A stretch of 64,000 nucleotides of DNA, taken from the NCBI GenBank assembly GCA_021793195.1, contig JAJYTG010000002.1, positions 2,969 to 66,968 of the forward strand, written 5' to 3'. The notes beneath the pieces are model-generated. The model saw nothing but the letters and a program-made list of their open reading frames with translations. It was not told the DNA's origin and did no database searches. Shown piece by piece: positions 1-9,908 of the stretch. Source of the DNA: Pseudomonadota bacterium (GTDB lineage Bacteria > Pseudomonadota > Gammaproteobacteria > Xanthomonadales > Rhodanobacteraceae). Each line of letters opens with the position of its first letter. The stretch's first letter is position 1. The position numbers were made by a program, and so were the translations under genes.

Positions 1-788
1 TGTTTCCTGGCCGGTTTGGTGAAGATGCCCTCGGTCGGACCGTATTCCACCAGCTCGCCCATGTACATGAAGGCGGTACGGTCGGAGACGCGTGCCGCCT
101 GTTGCATGTTGTGGGTGACGATCACCACGGTGTAGTCGTTCTTCAGCTCCTCGATCAGCTCCTCCACCTTGGCGGTGGAAATCGGGTCGAGCGCCGAACA
201 GGGCTCGTCGAGCAGGATGATTTCGGGCTTGATCGCCACCGCGCGCGCGATGCACAGCCGCTGCTGCTGGCCGCCCGACAGGCTGGTGCCGGTCTGCTGC
301 AGCTTGTCCTTGACCTCGTCCCAGAGCGCCGCGCGGGTCAGTGCGCTCTCGACGCGGACCGCGATCTCGGCCTTCGACAGCTTCTCGTAGAGGCGGATGC
401 CGAACGCGATGTTCTCGTGGATCGACATCGGGAACGGCGTCGGCTTCTGGAACACCATGCCGATGCGGGCGCGGATCAGGGCCACGTCGCGCCGGGATTT
501 GAGGATGTCCTCGCCGTCGACCACGATCCGGCCCTCGGCGCGCTGATCCGGGTAGATCTCGAACATGCGGTTGAACGTGCGCAGCAGGGTGGACTTGCCG
601 CAGCCCGAGGGCCCGATGAAGGCGGTGACCTGCCTTGCGGGGATCTCGATGGAAACGTTCTTCAGGGCCTGGAATCGACCGTAGTAGAAGTTCAGTTCGC
701 GAACGTCGATCTTGACCGTGCCGATGCCGGCGGCCGCGACGGTCTCGCTCGATTCGGATCGCGTGTGGATGCGTGGCGTGGCGGACAT
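1..788 (-). CDS. pstB: Phosphate ABC transporter ATP-binding protein PstB (3' end truncated by window edge)
   Basis: Translated by hand: [10 protein letters not shown]...[12 protein letters not shown]...GPSGCGKST (Walker A), [25 protein letters not shown] upstream. Follows pstA. Confidence 0.95.
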   Translation of the reverse strand, partial: MSATPRIHTRSESSETVAAAGIGTVKIDVRELNFYYGRFQALKNVSIEIPARQVTAFIGPSGCGKSTLLRTFNRMFEIYPDQRAEGRIVVDGEDILKSRRDVALIRARIGMVFQKPTPFPMSIHENIAFGIRLYEKLSKAEIAVRVESALTRAALWDEVKDKLQQTGTSLSGGQQQRLCIARAVAIKPEIILLDEPCSALDPISTAKVEELIEELKNDYTVVIVTHNMQQAARVSDRTAFMYMGELVEYGPTEGIFTKPARK

Positions 789-826
789 GATCGAACTCCG
801 GAACGGTGATGCGGGATGCCGGGGGA

Positions 827-1675
827 CTAGGCCCTGGGGCGTCGCCGGCCCAGCAACATGCGCGCGGCCAGATTGAGCAGAAGGATGAAGGCCACCGCGA
901 TGAAGGCTCCCGCCCAGGCCATCGACTGCCAGTTCGAATAGGGGCTCATCGCGAACTGGAAGATCACCACCGGCAGGTTGGCGATCGGATGGCCGAGGTC
1001 GGTGCTCCAGAACTGGTTGTTGAGCGCCGTGAACAGCAGCGGCGCGGTCTCGCCGCTGATGCGGGCGATGCCGAGCAGGATGCCGGTGAGGATGCCCGAT
1101 GCGGCCGCCTTCCAGGTGATGCGCGTCACCAGTTTCCAGTAGGGCGTGCCCAGCGCGATCGCCGCCTCGCGCAGCGAACCAGGCACCAGGCGCAGCATCT
1201 CGTCGGTGGTGCGCACCACCACCGGAATCAGGATCAGCGCCAGCGCCACGCCACCCGAGTAGGCCGAGAAGCGGCCGCTGGGATCGACGATGATGGCGTA
1301 GGCGAACAGGCCGATCACGATCGAGGGTGCGCTCAGCAGGATGTCGTTGAGAAAGCGCACCACCGCGCCGAGCCGGCGGCGCGCCGCGAACTCGGCCAGC
1401 CAGGTGCCGGCCAGCACGCCGACCGGGGCGCCGATCGCGACCGCCATCCCGAGCAGGATCAGGCTGCCGACGAAGGCGTTGCGCAGGCCGCCGCCGCTGG
1501 CGCCGGGCGCCGGCGTGTCCCGGGTGAACAGGGCCAGATTCACCGCGCCGGCGCCGAAACGGATCGTGGTCCACAGGATCCACACCAGCCAGAACACGCC
1601 GAACACGGTGGCCAGCACGGCCATGGTCAGGTTGAAGGCGTTGAGCAGGCGGCGGCGGCGATAGCGCGAGATCAT
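827..1675 (-). CDS. pstA: Phosphate ABC transporter permease PstA
   Basis: MISRYRRRR start overlaps pstC stop (ATGA). [11 protein letters not shown] motif [22 protein letters not shown]. Confidence 0.95.
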   Translation of the reverse strand: MISRYRRRRLLNAFNLTMAVLATVFGVFWLVWILWTTIRFGAGAVNLALFTRDTPAPGASGGGLRNAFVGSLILLGMAVAIGAPVGVLAGTWLAEFAARRRLGAVVRFLNDILLSAPSIVIGLFAYAIIVDPSGRFSAYSGGVALALILIPVVVRTTDEMLRLVPGSLREAAIALGTPYWKLVTRITWKAAASGILTGILLGIARISGETAPLLFTALNNQFWSTDLGHPIANLPVVIFQFAMSPYSNWQSMAWAGAFIAVAFILLLNLAARMLLGRRRPRA

Positions 1676-2655
1676 GCCTGGCGTCCTTCCATGCGATCGA
1701 GCCGCAGCAGCAGCAGCTTGGCCAGCACCAGTACCACGAAGGTGATCACGAACAGGATCAGGCCCAGCGCCAGCAGCGCGGACTTGTACAGGGGAGTGGT
1801 TGCCTCGGTGAACTCGTTGGCGATCACCGAGGCGATCGAGCTGCCGGGCATCAGCAGACTGGCGCTGAGATTGTTGGCGTTGCCGATGATGAAGGTCACC
1901 GCCATGGTCTCGCCCAGCGCCCGCCCCAGGCCGAGGAAGATGCCGCCGGTCACGGCGGTGCGGGTATAGGGCAGGATCACGTAGCGCGCCACCTCCCAGG
2001 TCGTGGCGCCCATCGCGTAGGCGGACTCCTTGAGCGCCTGCGGCGTGACCAGGAACACGTCGCGCATGATGGCGGCGATGAAGGGAATGATCATCACCCC
2101 GAGCACGATGCCCGCGGCGAGCATGCCGATGCCCATCGGCGGCCCCTGGAACAGCGCGCCGATCCACGGGATCGCGCCCAGGTGATCATTGATCCACGGT
2201 TCCAGGTTGCCGAACCACGGCGCGAACACCAGCAGACCCCACATGCCGTAGATGATGCTGGGGATCGCCGCCAGCAACTCGACGGCGGCCGATACCGGCT
2301 CGCGCAGCCAGCGCGGCGCCATTTCGGAAATGAACAGGGCGATGCCGAAGCTGACCGGGATGGCCAGCAGCAGAGCGATCACCGAACTGACCACGGTGCC
2401 GACGATGAAGACCAGGGCCCCGTAGTTGTCACTGACCGGATCCCATGCGGTGGAAATCAGGAAATGCCATCCGAACCGGTGCAGCGCGGGCCAGGACTCC
2501 CGGGTGAGCGCGATCAGGATGCCGGCCAGCGACAGGGTCACCAGCAACGCGATGGCTCCGGTGAACTTGCGGAACAGCACATCGAGCGAGAGGCGGCTTG
2601 CGCCTGCCGGTACGCTGCGCGGCGCGATGACTTTCACGGGCGTCGGCTCAGGCAA
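1672..2655 (-). CDS. pstC: Phosphate ABC transporter permease PstC
   Basis: [34 protein letters not shown] motifs. TTG start. Confidence 0.95.
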   Translation of the reverse strand: MPEPTPVKVIAPRSVPAGASRLSLDVLFRKFTGAIALLVTLSLAGILIALTRESWPALHRFGWHFLISTAWDPVSDNYGALVFIVGTVVSSVIALLLAIPVSFGIALFISEMAPRWLREPVSAAVELLAAIPSIIYGMWGLLVFAPWFGNLEPWINDHLGAIPWIGALFQGPPMGIGMLAAGIVLGVMIIPFIAAIMRDVFLVTPQALKESAYAMGATTWEVARYVILPYTRTAVTGGIFLGLGRALGETMAVTFIIGNANNLSASLLMPGSSIASVIANEFTEATTPLYKSALLALGLILFVITFVVLVLAKLLLLRLDRMEGRQA

Positions 2656-2825
2656 TGGACTTGCACGGCGGTCATGGCAGATCGTCTCAGCGTAACGTGC
2701 AAGCCGTCCAGGGCGCGGATGCGACCTGTCCGCTGGGCCTCAAAAGGCGAGTCCGGACCAGGGCCCGGACTCGCTGTCGCAGATGCAGGGCGCGCCATGA
2801 TCTGGCAGGCGCGACCGCCGGGCAA

Positions 2826-2845
2826 GGGCGCCGAAGCCGGCGCCC
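2826..2845 (-). terminator. GC-rich hairpin just downstream of pstS (weak terminator or mRNA stabiliser)
   Basis: GGGCGCCG-AAGC-CGGCGCCC perfect 8-bp stem, 7 nt after the pstS stop; only a short U-tract. Confidence 0.5.
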
Positions 2846-2852
2846 CCGGTCA

Positions 2853-3872
2853 TCAGATACCCAGGTTGGCCTTCCAGTAGGACTTGATGGCGTCGACCGT
2901 GGTCGGCGGCAGCGGGCCGAAGGCGATGGACTCGGCCATCGACTGGCCCTTGTCGAAGCCCCAGAGGAAGAACGTGGTGACCGACTCGTTGGTCGCCTTG
3001 GGCGCCTTCTTGCTCAGGATCTGCCAGGTGCAGCCGGAGATCGGCCAGGTTCCCGGACCGGGCTGGTCGGTCAGGATCACGTAGAAATCCTTGGCTTTGG
3101 TGAAGTCCACATGCGAGGCGGCATCCTGGAAGCCCTTGAGGCTGGGGCTGACGAGCTTGCCATCGCGGTTATACATGCGGGCATAGTCGAGCTTGCTCTC
3201 GAGGATGTAGGCGTACTCGACGTAGCCGATCGAGCCCTTGATGCGCTGCACGTAGGAAGCCACGCCGGCGTTGCCCTTGCCGCCCACGCCGACCGGCCAG
3301 GCCAGCGAGGTGTTGGCGCCGATCTTCTCCTTCCACTCCGGGCTGACCTTGGACAGGTAGTTGGCGAAAGTGAAGGTGGTGCCGGAACCGTCCGCACGGT
3401 GGACCGTGGTGATGGCCATGTCCGGCAACTTCAGGCCGGGGTTGAGCCTGGCGATCGCCGGGTCGTTCCACTGCTTGATCTTGCCGAGATAGATGTCGGC
3501 CACGACCGGGCCGCTGAGGATCAGCTGGCCGGCCTTGATGCCGGGCAGGTTGTAGACCAGGTCCTCGCCCGCGATCGCGGTCGGAAACTGGATCAGGTCG
3601 GACTGGGCGAGCTCCTCGGGGGTCAGCGGCATGTCGCTGGCGCCGAACGCCACGGTGCCGGCCTTGATCTGGGCGATGCCGCCGCCGGAGCCGATGCCCT
3701 GGTAGTTGACCTGGATGCCGGTCTCCTTGGCGTAGGCCTCGGACCACTTGGCCACCAGCGGATAGACCCAGGTGCTGCCGGCGCCGGTGATCTGTGCGGC
3801 ATGGGCGGCACCCAGGCTGAACATCGATGCCACGGCCAGCGCGGCCAGGCGGGATTTGACGGAGGTGAGCAT
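2853..3872 (-). CDS. pstS: Phosphate-binding periplasmic protein PstS
   Basis: Signal peptide MLTSVKSRL...AAHA, then ITGAGST, NYQGIGSGGG, FGASDMPL, HRADGSGTT, GSIGYVEYAY. GAGGAG RBS. Confidence 0.97.
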   Translation of the reverse strand: MLTSVKSRLAALAVASMFSLGAAHAAQITGAGSTWVYPLVAKWSEAYAKETGIQVNYQGIGSGGGIAQIKAGTVAFGASDMPLTPEELAQSDLIQFPTAIAGEDLVYNLPGIKAGQLILSGPVVADIYLGKIKQWNDPAIARLNPGLKLPDMAITTVHRADGSGTTFTFANYLSKVSPEWKEKIGANTSLAWPVGVGGKGNAGVASYVQRIKGSIGYVEYAYILESKLDYARMYNRDGKLVSPSLKGFQDAASHVDFTKAKDFYVILTDQPGPGTWPISGCTWQILSKKAPKATNESVTTFFLWGFDKGQSMAESIAFGPLPPTTVDAIKSYWKANLGI

Positions 3873-3918
3873 GGAAACTCCTCGAAGGGCAGGGTCGGGC
3901 GCATTCCGCCCGCCGCTC

Positions 3919-3952
3919 TTTGTAGAGCGTGGCTGTTGCACGTTTATGACAG
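3919..3952 (-). promoter_or_regulatory. Pho box plus -10 element of the pstSCAB promoter
   Basis: Minus strand CTGTCAT-AAAC-GTGCAAC, then 10 nt, then TACAAA. Matches PhoB box architecture. Overlaps the rnt stop codon. Confidence 0.8.
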
Positions 3953-4627
3953 CGCGGCCGCGCCGTCGTCGCGGCAGGGTCGGCCGGCCTGTGCTGCAGG
4001 CCATGCCGTGCCGGCTTCCAGGGCGTGCCAGCGGTTGACCACGGCGCAGAACAGCTCGGCCGTGCGTTCGGCGTCGTAAACGGCCGAATGCGCCTCGCTG
4101 GCGTTCCAGTCGAGACCCGCGGCCTGCACGGCGCGCGCCAGTACGGTCTGGCCGTAGGCGAGGCCGCCCAGGGTCACCGTATCGAAGCAGCTGAAGGGAT
4201 GGAACGGGTTGCGCTTGTGACCGCAGCGACGCACCGCGGCATTGAGGAAGCCGAGATCGAAGGCCGCGTTGTGGCCGACCAGGATCGCGCGCTGACAGCC
4301 GCTGCTGCGCAAGGCCTGGCGCACGGGCGCGAACACGTGATCGAGCGCGGCGCGCTCGGCGATCGCGCCGCGCAGCGGATGGCCGGGGTCGATGCCGGTG
4401 ATTTCCAGCGCCTTGGGATCGAGGACCGCGCCGGGAAACGGCTCCACGTGCGTGGAGACGGTGGGTTCGAGCCGCAGGTGGCCGGCGTCATCCATGGCGA
4501 TCACCACGGCCGCGATTTCCAGCAGTGCATGGCGTTCGCAGTCGAAGCCGCCGGTCTCGACGTCCACCACCACGGGCAGGTAGCCGCGAAACCGCCGCGC
4601 GATGGGAGCAACCGGAGCGTCAGCCAT
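3944..4627 (-). CDS. rnt: Ribonuclease T
   Basis: [53 protein letters not shown] (DEDDh exonuclease motifs). Confidence 0.96.
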   Translation of the reverse strand: MADAPVAPIARRFRGYLPVVVDVETGGFDCERHALLEIAAVVIAMDDAGHLRLEPTVSTHVEPFPGAVLDPKALEITGIDPGHPLRGAIAERAALDHVFAPVRQALRSSGCQRAILVGHNAAFDLGFLNAAVRRCGHKRNPFHPFSCFDTVTLGGLAYGQTVLARAVQAAGLDWNASEAHSAVYDAERTAELFCAVVNRWHALEAGTAWPAAQAGRPCRDDGAAALS

Positions 4628-4690
4628 GCCCGGAAGCATAGCAGTGGCTGTCCGCCGGCCCGCCCCGGCGCGCATCGCGCGCGGGTGCGA

Positions 4691-4746
4691 CTGTCATCGG
4701 GCTGTCATCCGGCGCACACACGAGTGTCAATTTCGGCCGACATGAT
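4691..4746 (+). promoter_or_regulatory. Four-unit Pho box array plus -10 upstream of the porin gene
   Basis: CTGTCAT(4691), CTGTCAT(4702), CGCACAC(4713), GTGTCAA(4724) at exact 11-bp period; CATGAT lies 10 nt downstream (4741). Confidence 0.8.
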
Positions 4747-4842
4747 GCACGGGCCTAACGGCAGCTTAACCCTCGTCCAAAATAGATCGAACAAAGACGG
4801 GTGAGCGTTGCATCCCCATTCCATCCCGGCCGGAGCCTCGTC

Positions 4843-6162
4843 ATGCGCAACAAACTTCTCACCGCCGCCATCGCTGTCGTGCTCGGCACGATCAGCCTCA
4901 GCGCGCAGGCGGACTCGCTCAGCGACATCTTCACCCAGGGCCACGTCGACGGCGAGCTGCGCACCTATTATTTCAGCCGCCTCTACGGTGCGCCCAACAC
5001 CACCGACGCCAACGCCCTCGGGGTCGCCGCGCTGATCAACTTCCGCAGCGGCAGCTTCGCCAACGGTTTCAGTCTCGGCGGCAGCTTTCTCACCGCCAAC
5101 TCGCTGGGCACTCAGTCGGGCAACCCGGCCGCGATCGACACCACCCTGATGGGTCCGACCAATTCGATCAGCTCGCTGGGTCAGGCCTACCTGCAGTACC
5201 AGAACGACTGGATGCAGGTGCGCGCCGGCTACCAGTACCTCAACACGCCGTGGATGGGCAGCAGCGACTCGCGCGTGCTGCCGGCCTCGTACAACGCCGT
5301 CTCGGCGGTGTTCAAGCCGATGAAGGGCTGGGACATCTATGCCCTGCGCAGCTTCGAGTGGAAGGGTCGCACCGCCAGCGGCTACTACAACGACAACCTG
5401 TATTACCCGCCGACCTACCGCGGCGATTCGTCCTACGGCGGCCTCGGCGGACTGCCGGCCACGGCCACCCAGGCCAACGGCGCCTACGCGCTGGGCACCG
5501 CCTACGCCACCGGCGGATTCAAGGCGCAGGCGTGGTACTACGACTTCCGCCAGTTCGCGCGCATGGGTTACGTCGATGGCAGCTACACCTTCAAGACCGG
5601 CACCGGCTTCGATCCCTTCATCGCCGCGCAGTACGTCACCGAGAGCGGCGGCTCGAACAACAAGCTGGTCAGCAACAACGTCGCCCTGTTCGGCGTCGCC
5701 GGCACCCGCGTCAAGAACAGCACCTGGGGCACCGACGTCGGCGTCAACATTCCCAACGGCAGATTCGAGGTCGGCTACAACAAGATCGCGCAGGAAGCCG
5801 GCGCGGTCGGCAACGGCGCGCTGATCTCGCCGTACACCGCGGCGTATGCCACCGACCCGCTGTACACGACCTCGATGATCCGCGGCTTGGTCGAGCAGGG
5901 TCCGGGCCACGCCTGGAAGGCCAAGCTGACCTACAGCTTCCTCGACAACCACCTGGTGCTGATGACGTCCTACGCCAGGTACACGACGATCCAGCGCGGC
6001 AACAGCCACAACCTGTATGTCGATCTGACCTACAACTTCAGCGGCTATCTGAAGGGCCTGTCGGTGCGCAACCGCTGGGAGCGCGCGATCGGCGGCGTCG
6101 GTCTCAATCCGGGCAACGGTTCGTTCACCTACAACCGCGTGATGATCGCCTACAAGTTCTGA
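4843..6162 (+). CDS. Outer-membrane beta-barrel porin, OprD-like family
   Basis: Sec signal (..SLSAQA/DS), G.LRTYYF first strand, LGQAYLQY, RAGYQYLNTPW..SDSR.LP, alternating aromatic strands, C-terminal YKF. Confidence 0.85.
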   Translation: MRNKLLTAAIAVVLGTISLSAQADSLSDIFTQGHVDGELRTYYFSRLYGAPNTTDANALGVAALINFRSGSFANGFSLGGSFLTANSLGTQSGNPAAIDTTLMGPTNSISSLGQAYLQYQNDWMQVRAGYQYLNTPWMGSSDSRVLPASYNAVSAVFKPMKGWDIYALRSFEWKGRTASGYYNDNLYYPPTYRGDSSYGGLGGLPATATQANGAYALGTAYATGGFKAQAWYYDFRQFARMGYVDGSYTFKTGTGFDPFIAAQYVTESGGSNNKLVSNNVALFGVAGTRVKNSTWGTDVGVNIPNGRFEVGYNKIAQEAGAVGNGALISPYTAAYATDPLYTTSMIRGLVEQGPGHAWKAKLTYSFLDNHLVLMTSYARYTTIQRGNSHNLYVDLTYNFSGYLKGLSVRNRWERAIGGVGLNPGNGSFTYNRVMIAYKF

Positions 6163-6214
6163 GGCGCCTCCGCGCAACGCTCATCGCAAGGGAGCCTCGC
6201 TCCACGGACGGCGG

Positions 6215-6244
6215 AACGGCGGGCGCAAGCCCGCCGTTTGTCTT
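6215..6244 (+). terminator. Intrinsic terminator between convergent porin and nth
   Basis: AACGGCGGGC-GCAA-GCCCGCCGTT followed by TGTCTT. Confidence 0.75.
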
Positions 6245-6885
6245 CATCCCGCCGCCGCGGTCTTGGTCTTGAAGCTGCACAGGTCGCGGATCACGCACTG
6301 CGGGCATGCCGGCTTGCGCGCCTTGCAGACATGGCGGCCGTGCAGGATCAGCCAGTGGTGCGCGTTCTGGTGAAACTCCGGCGGCACGACCTTCATCAGC
6401 CGCGCCTCGACCGCGGCTACGTCCTTGCCGGGGGCGAGCCCGGTGCGATTGGCGACGCGGAAGATGTGCGTATCCACCGCGATGGTCGGCTCGCCGAAGG
6501 CGGTGTTGAGCACCACGTTGGCGGTCTTGCGACCGACGCCGGGCAGCGCTTCCAGCGCGCCACGTTCGCGCGGTACCTCGCCGCCGTGCCGCTCCAGCAG
6601 CAGCCGGCAGGTGGCCAGGATGTTCTTCGCCTTGGTGTTGTACAGACCGATGCTGCTGATGTGGCGCTTCAACCCGTCTTCGCCCAGTGCCAGCAGCGCG
6701 GCGGGCGTGGCGGCGACGGCGAACAGCCGGCGCGTGGCCTTGTTGACGCCGACATCGGTCGCCTGCGCCGACAGGATCACGGCGATCAGCAGCTCGAACG
6801 GCGTGCGGTATTCGAGTTCGCTGCGCGGCCGCGGATTGATCTCGCGCAGGCGTTCGAAGAGCTGCTGGACCTGCTCGCGTTTCAT
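6244..6885 (-). CDS. nth: Endonuclease III
   Basis: LSAQATD, HhH LPGVGRKTANVV, IAVDTH, 4Fe-4S motif C-x6-C-x2-C-x5-C. Confidence 0.97.
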   Translation of the reverse strand: MKREQVQQLFERLREINPRPRSELEYRTPFELLIAVILSAQATDVGVNKATRRLFAVAATPAALLALGEDGLKRHISSIGLYNTKAKNILATCRLLLERHGGEVPRERGALEALPGVGRKTANVVLNTAFGEPTIAVDTHIFRVANRTGLAPGKDVAAVEARLMKVVPPEFHQNAHHWLILHGRHVCKARKPACPQCVIRDLCSFKTKTAAAG

Positions 6886-6964
6886 CGTGCGGATTATGCC
6901 GCGCCAGCGGGACGGCGCGGACCGGGACGGCAGGAACGCCGCCCGGAACGACGGGCACGGCGCG

Positions 6965-7522
6965 TCAGAAGCCGTTCCAGGCCGGTGTCGGTCCCAGCAT
7001 CAGCGCCGCGCCACCCAGCAGCAGGCCGATGGTGATCGCCGCCAGCACGTCGCTCGGATAGTGCAGACCGAGCACCACGCGCGAGGCCGCGACCAGCAGG
7101 GTAAACGTCAGCAGCAGCGGCGCCAGCAGCGGAAACCAGGCCAGTGCCACGACGCTGAAGCTGACCGCATGCAGGGTATGGCCGGAGGGAAAGCTGAACT
7201 CGTCCAGCGGCGGGACGCGGGCGATGACACCGGCGCAGCCGCGGTACGGGCGCGGTCGCCGCGTCCGGCGCTTGAGCGTGCGGTACAGGAGCAGTGCCGC
7301 CAGGCCGGTCGCTGCCATCTGCAGCGCGGCGGCCGCGCCGCGGGCGCCGCCGACCAGCGCGAGCACGGTCATCAGCGCATACCAGAACAGGCCGTCGCCG
7401 AGCCGGCTGATGGCGGCGAAAAACAGCCCGACCGCGCGCCGTGCGCCCCAGCGATTGACGGCGAGGCAGAGGCGCCCGTCGAGGGCGATGCGCTCAGATG
7501 CCGGCTGCGGCGAGAGAGCCAT
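6965..7522 (-). CDS. PAP2-family lipid phosphatase
   Basis: KxxxxRxRP, SFPSGH, SRVVLGLHYPSD motifs; hydrophobic. Start overlaps the GT4 3' end. Confidence 0.9.
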   Translation of the reverse strand: MALSPQPASERIALDGRLCLAVNRWGARRAVGLFFAAISRLGDGLFWYALMTVLALVGGARGAAAALQMAATGLAALLLYRTLKRRTRRPRPYRGCAGVIARVPPLDEFSFPSGHTLHAVSFSVVALAWFPLLAPLLLTFTLLVAASRVVLGLHYPSDVLAAITIGLLLGGAALMLGPTPAWNGF

Positions 7523-8648
7523 GCGGGAATTCCTCCGCGAGTGATCGCAGCAGTGCCGCGAACTCGGCGACAACCGTATCCGGAGCCAGCGCGGCGACGC
7601 TGGTGCGCGCGTTGTGGCCGAGCCGCGCGCGGCGCGGCGCGTCCAGTGCCAGATCGAGGGCGGCGGCGATGAATCCGGCGCGGTCGCTGGTGTCGATGCG
7701 GCGGCCGTTGACGTCGTCGACGACGTGTTCGCGCGCGGCGCCGTGGTCGAACGCGACCACCGCCAGTCCGCTGGCCATGGCCTCCAGGGTCACGTTGCCG
7801 AAGGTCTCGCTCAGGCTGGGAAACAGGAACAGATCGGCACTGGCGTAGTGGCGTGCCAGGGCCTCGCCGCGCTGGATTCCGGCGAAGATGAAGTCCGGGT
7901 GGGTCGCGGCCAGTTCCGCACGCAGCGGGCCATCGCCCACCCAGACATAACGCGCCGCCGGCACGCGCGCCTGCAGGGCCCCGAATGCGCTGATCGCGAG
8001 GTCGAGATTCTTCTCGGCGGCGATGCGGCCCGCGTACAGCACCACCGGCGCGTCGGCCTGCGCCCGCCAGGCCGCCCGCAGCGCCGGATCGCGACGCGCC
8101 GGCTGAAACAGCGCCGTGTCCACGGCGCGGCGCAGCAGCCGCGCATTCGGCACGCCCAGTGCCAGCAGCTCGTCATGAAGGGCTTGCGTGGGCACCAGGG
8201 CGGCGGTGCTGCGGCGATGGAAACGGCGCAGGTACGCCAGCACCAGCGGCGTCAGCAAGCCCAGTCCGTAGTGCGCCGCGTAGTCGTCGAAACGGGTGTG
8301 GAAGCCGCTGGCGACGGGGATGTCGAGTCGGCGCGCGGCATTCAGCGCCGAGTTGCCGAGCGGACCCTCGGTGGCGATGTAGATGGCATCGGGTCGTTGC
8401 GCGCGCCAATGGCGCAGCAGCCGGTTGCCGGCCGGCAGGCCGAAGCGCAGGCCGGGATAGCGTGGCACGGCCGCGCCGCGGACCAGCAGCGAAATCATGC
8501 GGTCAGTGCCGTCTTCGACGCGCTGCCGCGGGCGGACCACCTCGACCTGATGGCCGCAGGCGGCCAGACCCTCGGCCAGTCCCTGCACGGTCAGGGCGAC
8601 GCCATTGATTTCCGGCGGGTAGGTCTCGGTGACGATGCCGATGCGCAT
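7494..8648 (-). CDS. GT4-family glycosyltransferase (Agt/SqdX-like, probable glycolipid synthase)
   Basis: MRIGIVTETYPPEINGVA, ATEGPLG, FHTRF, GRIAAEKNL, ETFGNVTLEAMASG. Confidence 0.88.
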   Translation of the reverse strand: MRIGIVTETYPPEINGVALTVQGLAEGLAACGHQVEVVRPRQRVEDGTDRMISLLVRGAAVPRYPGLRFGLPAGNRLLRHWRAQRPDAIYIATEGPLGNSALNAARRLDIPVASGFHTRFDDYAAHYGLGLLTPLVLAYLRRFHRRSTAALVPTQALHDELLALGVPNARLLRRAVDTALFQPARRDPALRAAWRAQADAPVVLYAGRIAAEKNLDLAISAFGALQARVPAARYVWVGDGPLRAELAATHPDFIFAGIQRGEALARHYASADLFLFPSLSETFGNVTLEAMASGLAVVAFDHGAAREHVVDDVNGRRIDTSDRAGFIAAALDLALDAPRRARLGHNARTSVAALAPDTVVAEFAALLRSLAEEFPHGSLAAAGI

Positions 8649-8674
8649 GGGCCGCTCCACGGCGAGCTGGCATC

Positions 8675-8730
8675 AGCATGGACGCGCTGCATTGCATGCG
8701 CTTGATCGGCAGGTGACGTCACGATGACGC
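8675..8730 (-). promoter_or_regulatory. Probable Pho box array plus -10 for the GT4-PAP2 operon
   Basis: Minus strand GCGTCAT-4-ACGTCAC-4-CGATCAA-4-ATGCAAT (11-bp period), then 10 nt, then CATGCT. Confidence 0.6.
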
Positions 8731-8766
8731 CGCGCGCTGCGCATCCGCCGCGCGCGGGGCCGTGGT

Positions 8767-9723
8767 TCAGCGCGAGAACGGGCTGACCCGGCGCATCAGG
8801 CTGCGCTCGATCGGGGTGGTCGTGGTGGCGACGAAAATGTGGCCCAGCGCGTGATAGCCGCGCACGAAGTCGGCGACGTCGGCCTCGCTGGCGCCGGATG
8901 CCGCGGCGATGGTCGCGACCGTGCCGGGCTGTTTCATCATCGCCGTGGCGATGCGGAAATGGCGCGGATACTCGCGTTCGATCTGCGGCCAGCGCAGCAG
9001 ACGCAGCTCGCTCTCGGCGCCGATGCCCGGCGGCAGCGCGCCGGGCGTGGCGCTGACGGCGGCAAACCAGCGCAAGCGCGCCAGCGGCTGCATCGGCTGC
9101 GCGGCACGCGCGGCGTTCAGGGCCGCCGCGTCGAGCGGCTGCAGTGCCTGCACGGGCAGTGCCAGCAGCGGCGCCAGTGCTTTCAGGCTGGCGTCACCGT
9201 GGTAGGCATCCCGTGCCGGATCGAGCACCAGACTGATGTCGCCTTCGCAGGCTTGCAGGGGGCCGTCCACGCTGCCGCTGCGCAACAGTTCGCCGAGCGT
9301 GCGCGGTGCGTGAATCGGCGTCGGTACATTGACGGATGCGGGCGCGGCGGTCGCCGGCGCCGGCGCATGGCCCGCTGCGGCGTCGGGTCCGGGTCGCGAT
9401 TGGCGCGGACCGATGCGGGATTCCAGCGGTTGCAGGACGCCGGCCAGCGCGGCCGCGGTCAGCGGCTTGCCGAGCAGCGGACCACCCTCGCGCGGTGCGC
9501 CGTTGTCGCTGTAGGCCACGGTGTGTTTGCCGGCGTTGCCGGCCTTCAGCCATGCCATATGGCCCCAGACGCTGTCGATGTCGACCAGCACCACATCGGC
9601 GGCGGCCTCGTCGGCCAGCGTCCAGCGATCGGCCAGCGCGTGCTCGCGGTCGCCCAGGCAACGGGTGACGGCGGCGGCATCGACGTCGGAAAAGCACGAA
9701 AGCGCGAGCGTGTAGTGCGTCAT
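8767..9723 (-). CDS. Hypothetical protein: receiver-like N-terminus, Pro/Ala linker, HTH-like C-terminus
   Basis: GGGAG RBS before MTHYTL; DVVLVDID...LGKPL; C-terminal LRLLRWP...TVATIAAASGASEADV. Confidence 0.7.
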   Translation of the reverse strand: MTHYTLALSCFSDVDAAAVTRCLGDREHALADRWTLADEAAADVVLVDIDSVWGHMAWLKAGNAGKHTVAYSDNGAPREGGPLLGKPLTAAALAGVLQPLESRIGPRQSRPGPDAAAGHAPAPATAAPASVNVPTPIHAPRTLGELLRSGSVDGPLQACEGDISLVLDPARDAYHGDASLKALAPLLALPVQALQPLDAAALNAARAAQPMQPLARLRWFAAVSATPGALPPGIGAESELRLLRWPQIEREYPRHFRIATAMMKQPGTVATIAAASGASEADVADFVRGYHALGHIFVATTTTPIERSLMRRVSPFSR

Positions 9724-9908
9724 GACGGTCTCCCTGACGGGCATCACCCGTTTCCCCTGACCATGCAATGTCGCCGCCATTGTCGCGGTCCGTCGGGTGC
9801 GGTCAATCAAAATGACTCATTTTCACCGTCAACAATTGCAACCGGGCGAAGACGGGCGCCGCGCGGGCATCCGTTAAACTGGCGCTCCGTACCCGTTGAC
9901 CGGCGCTC

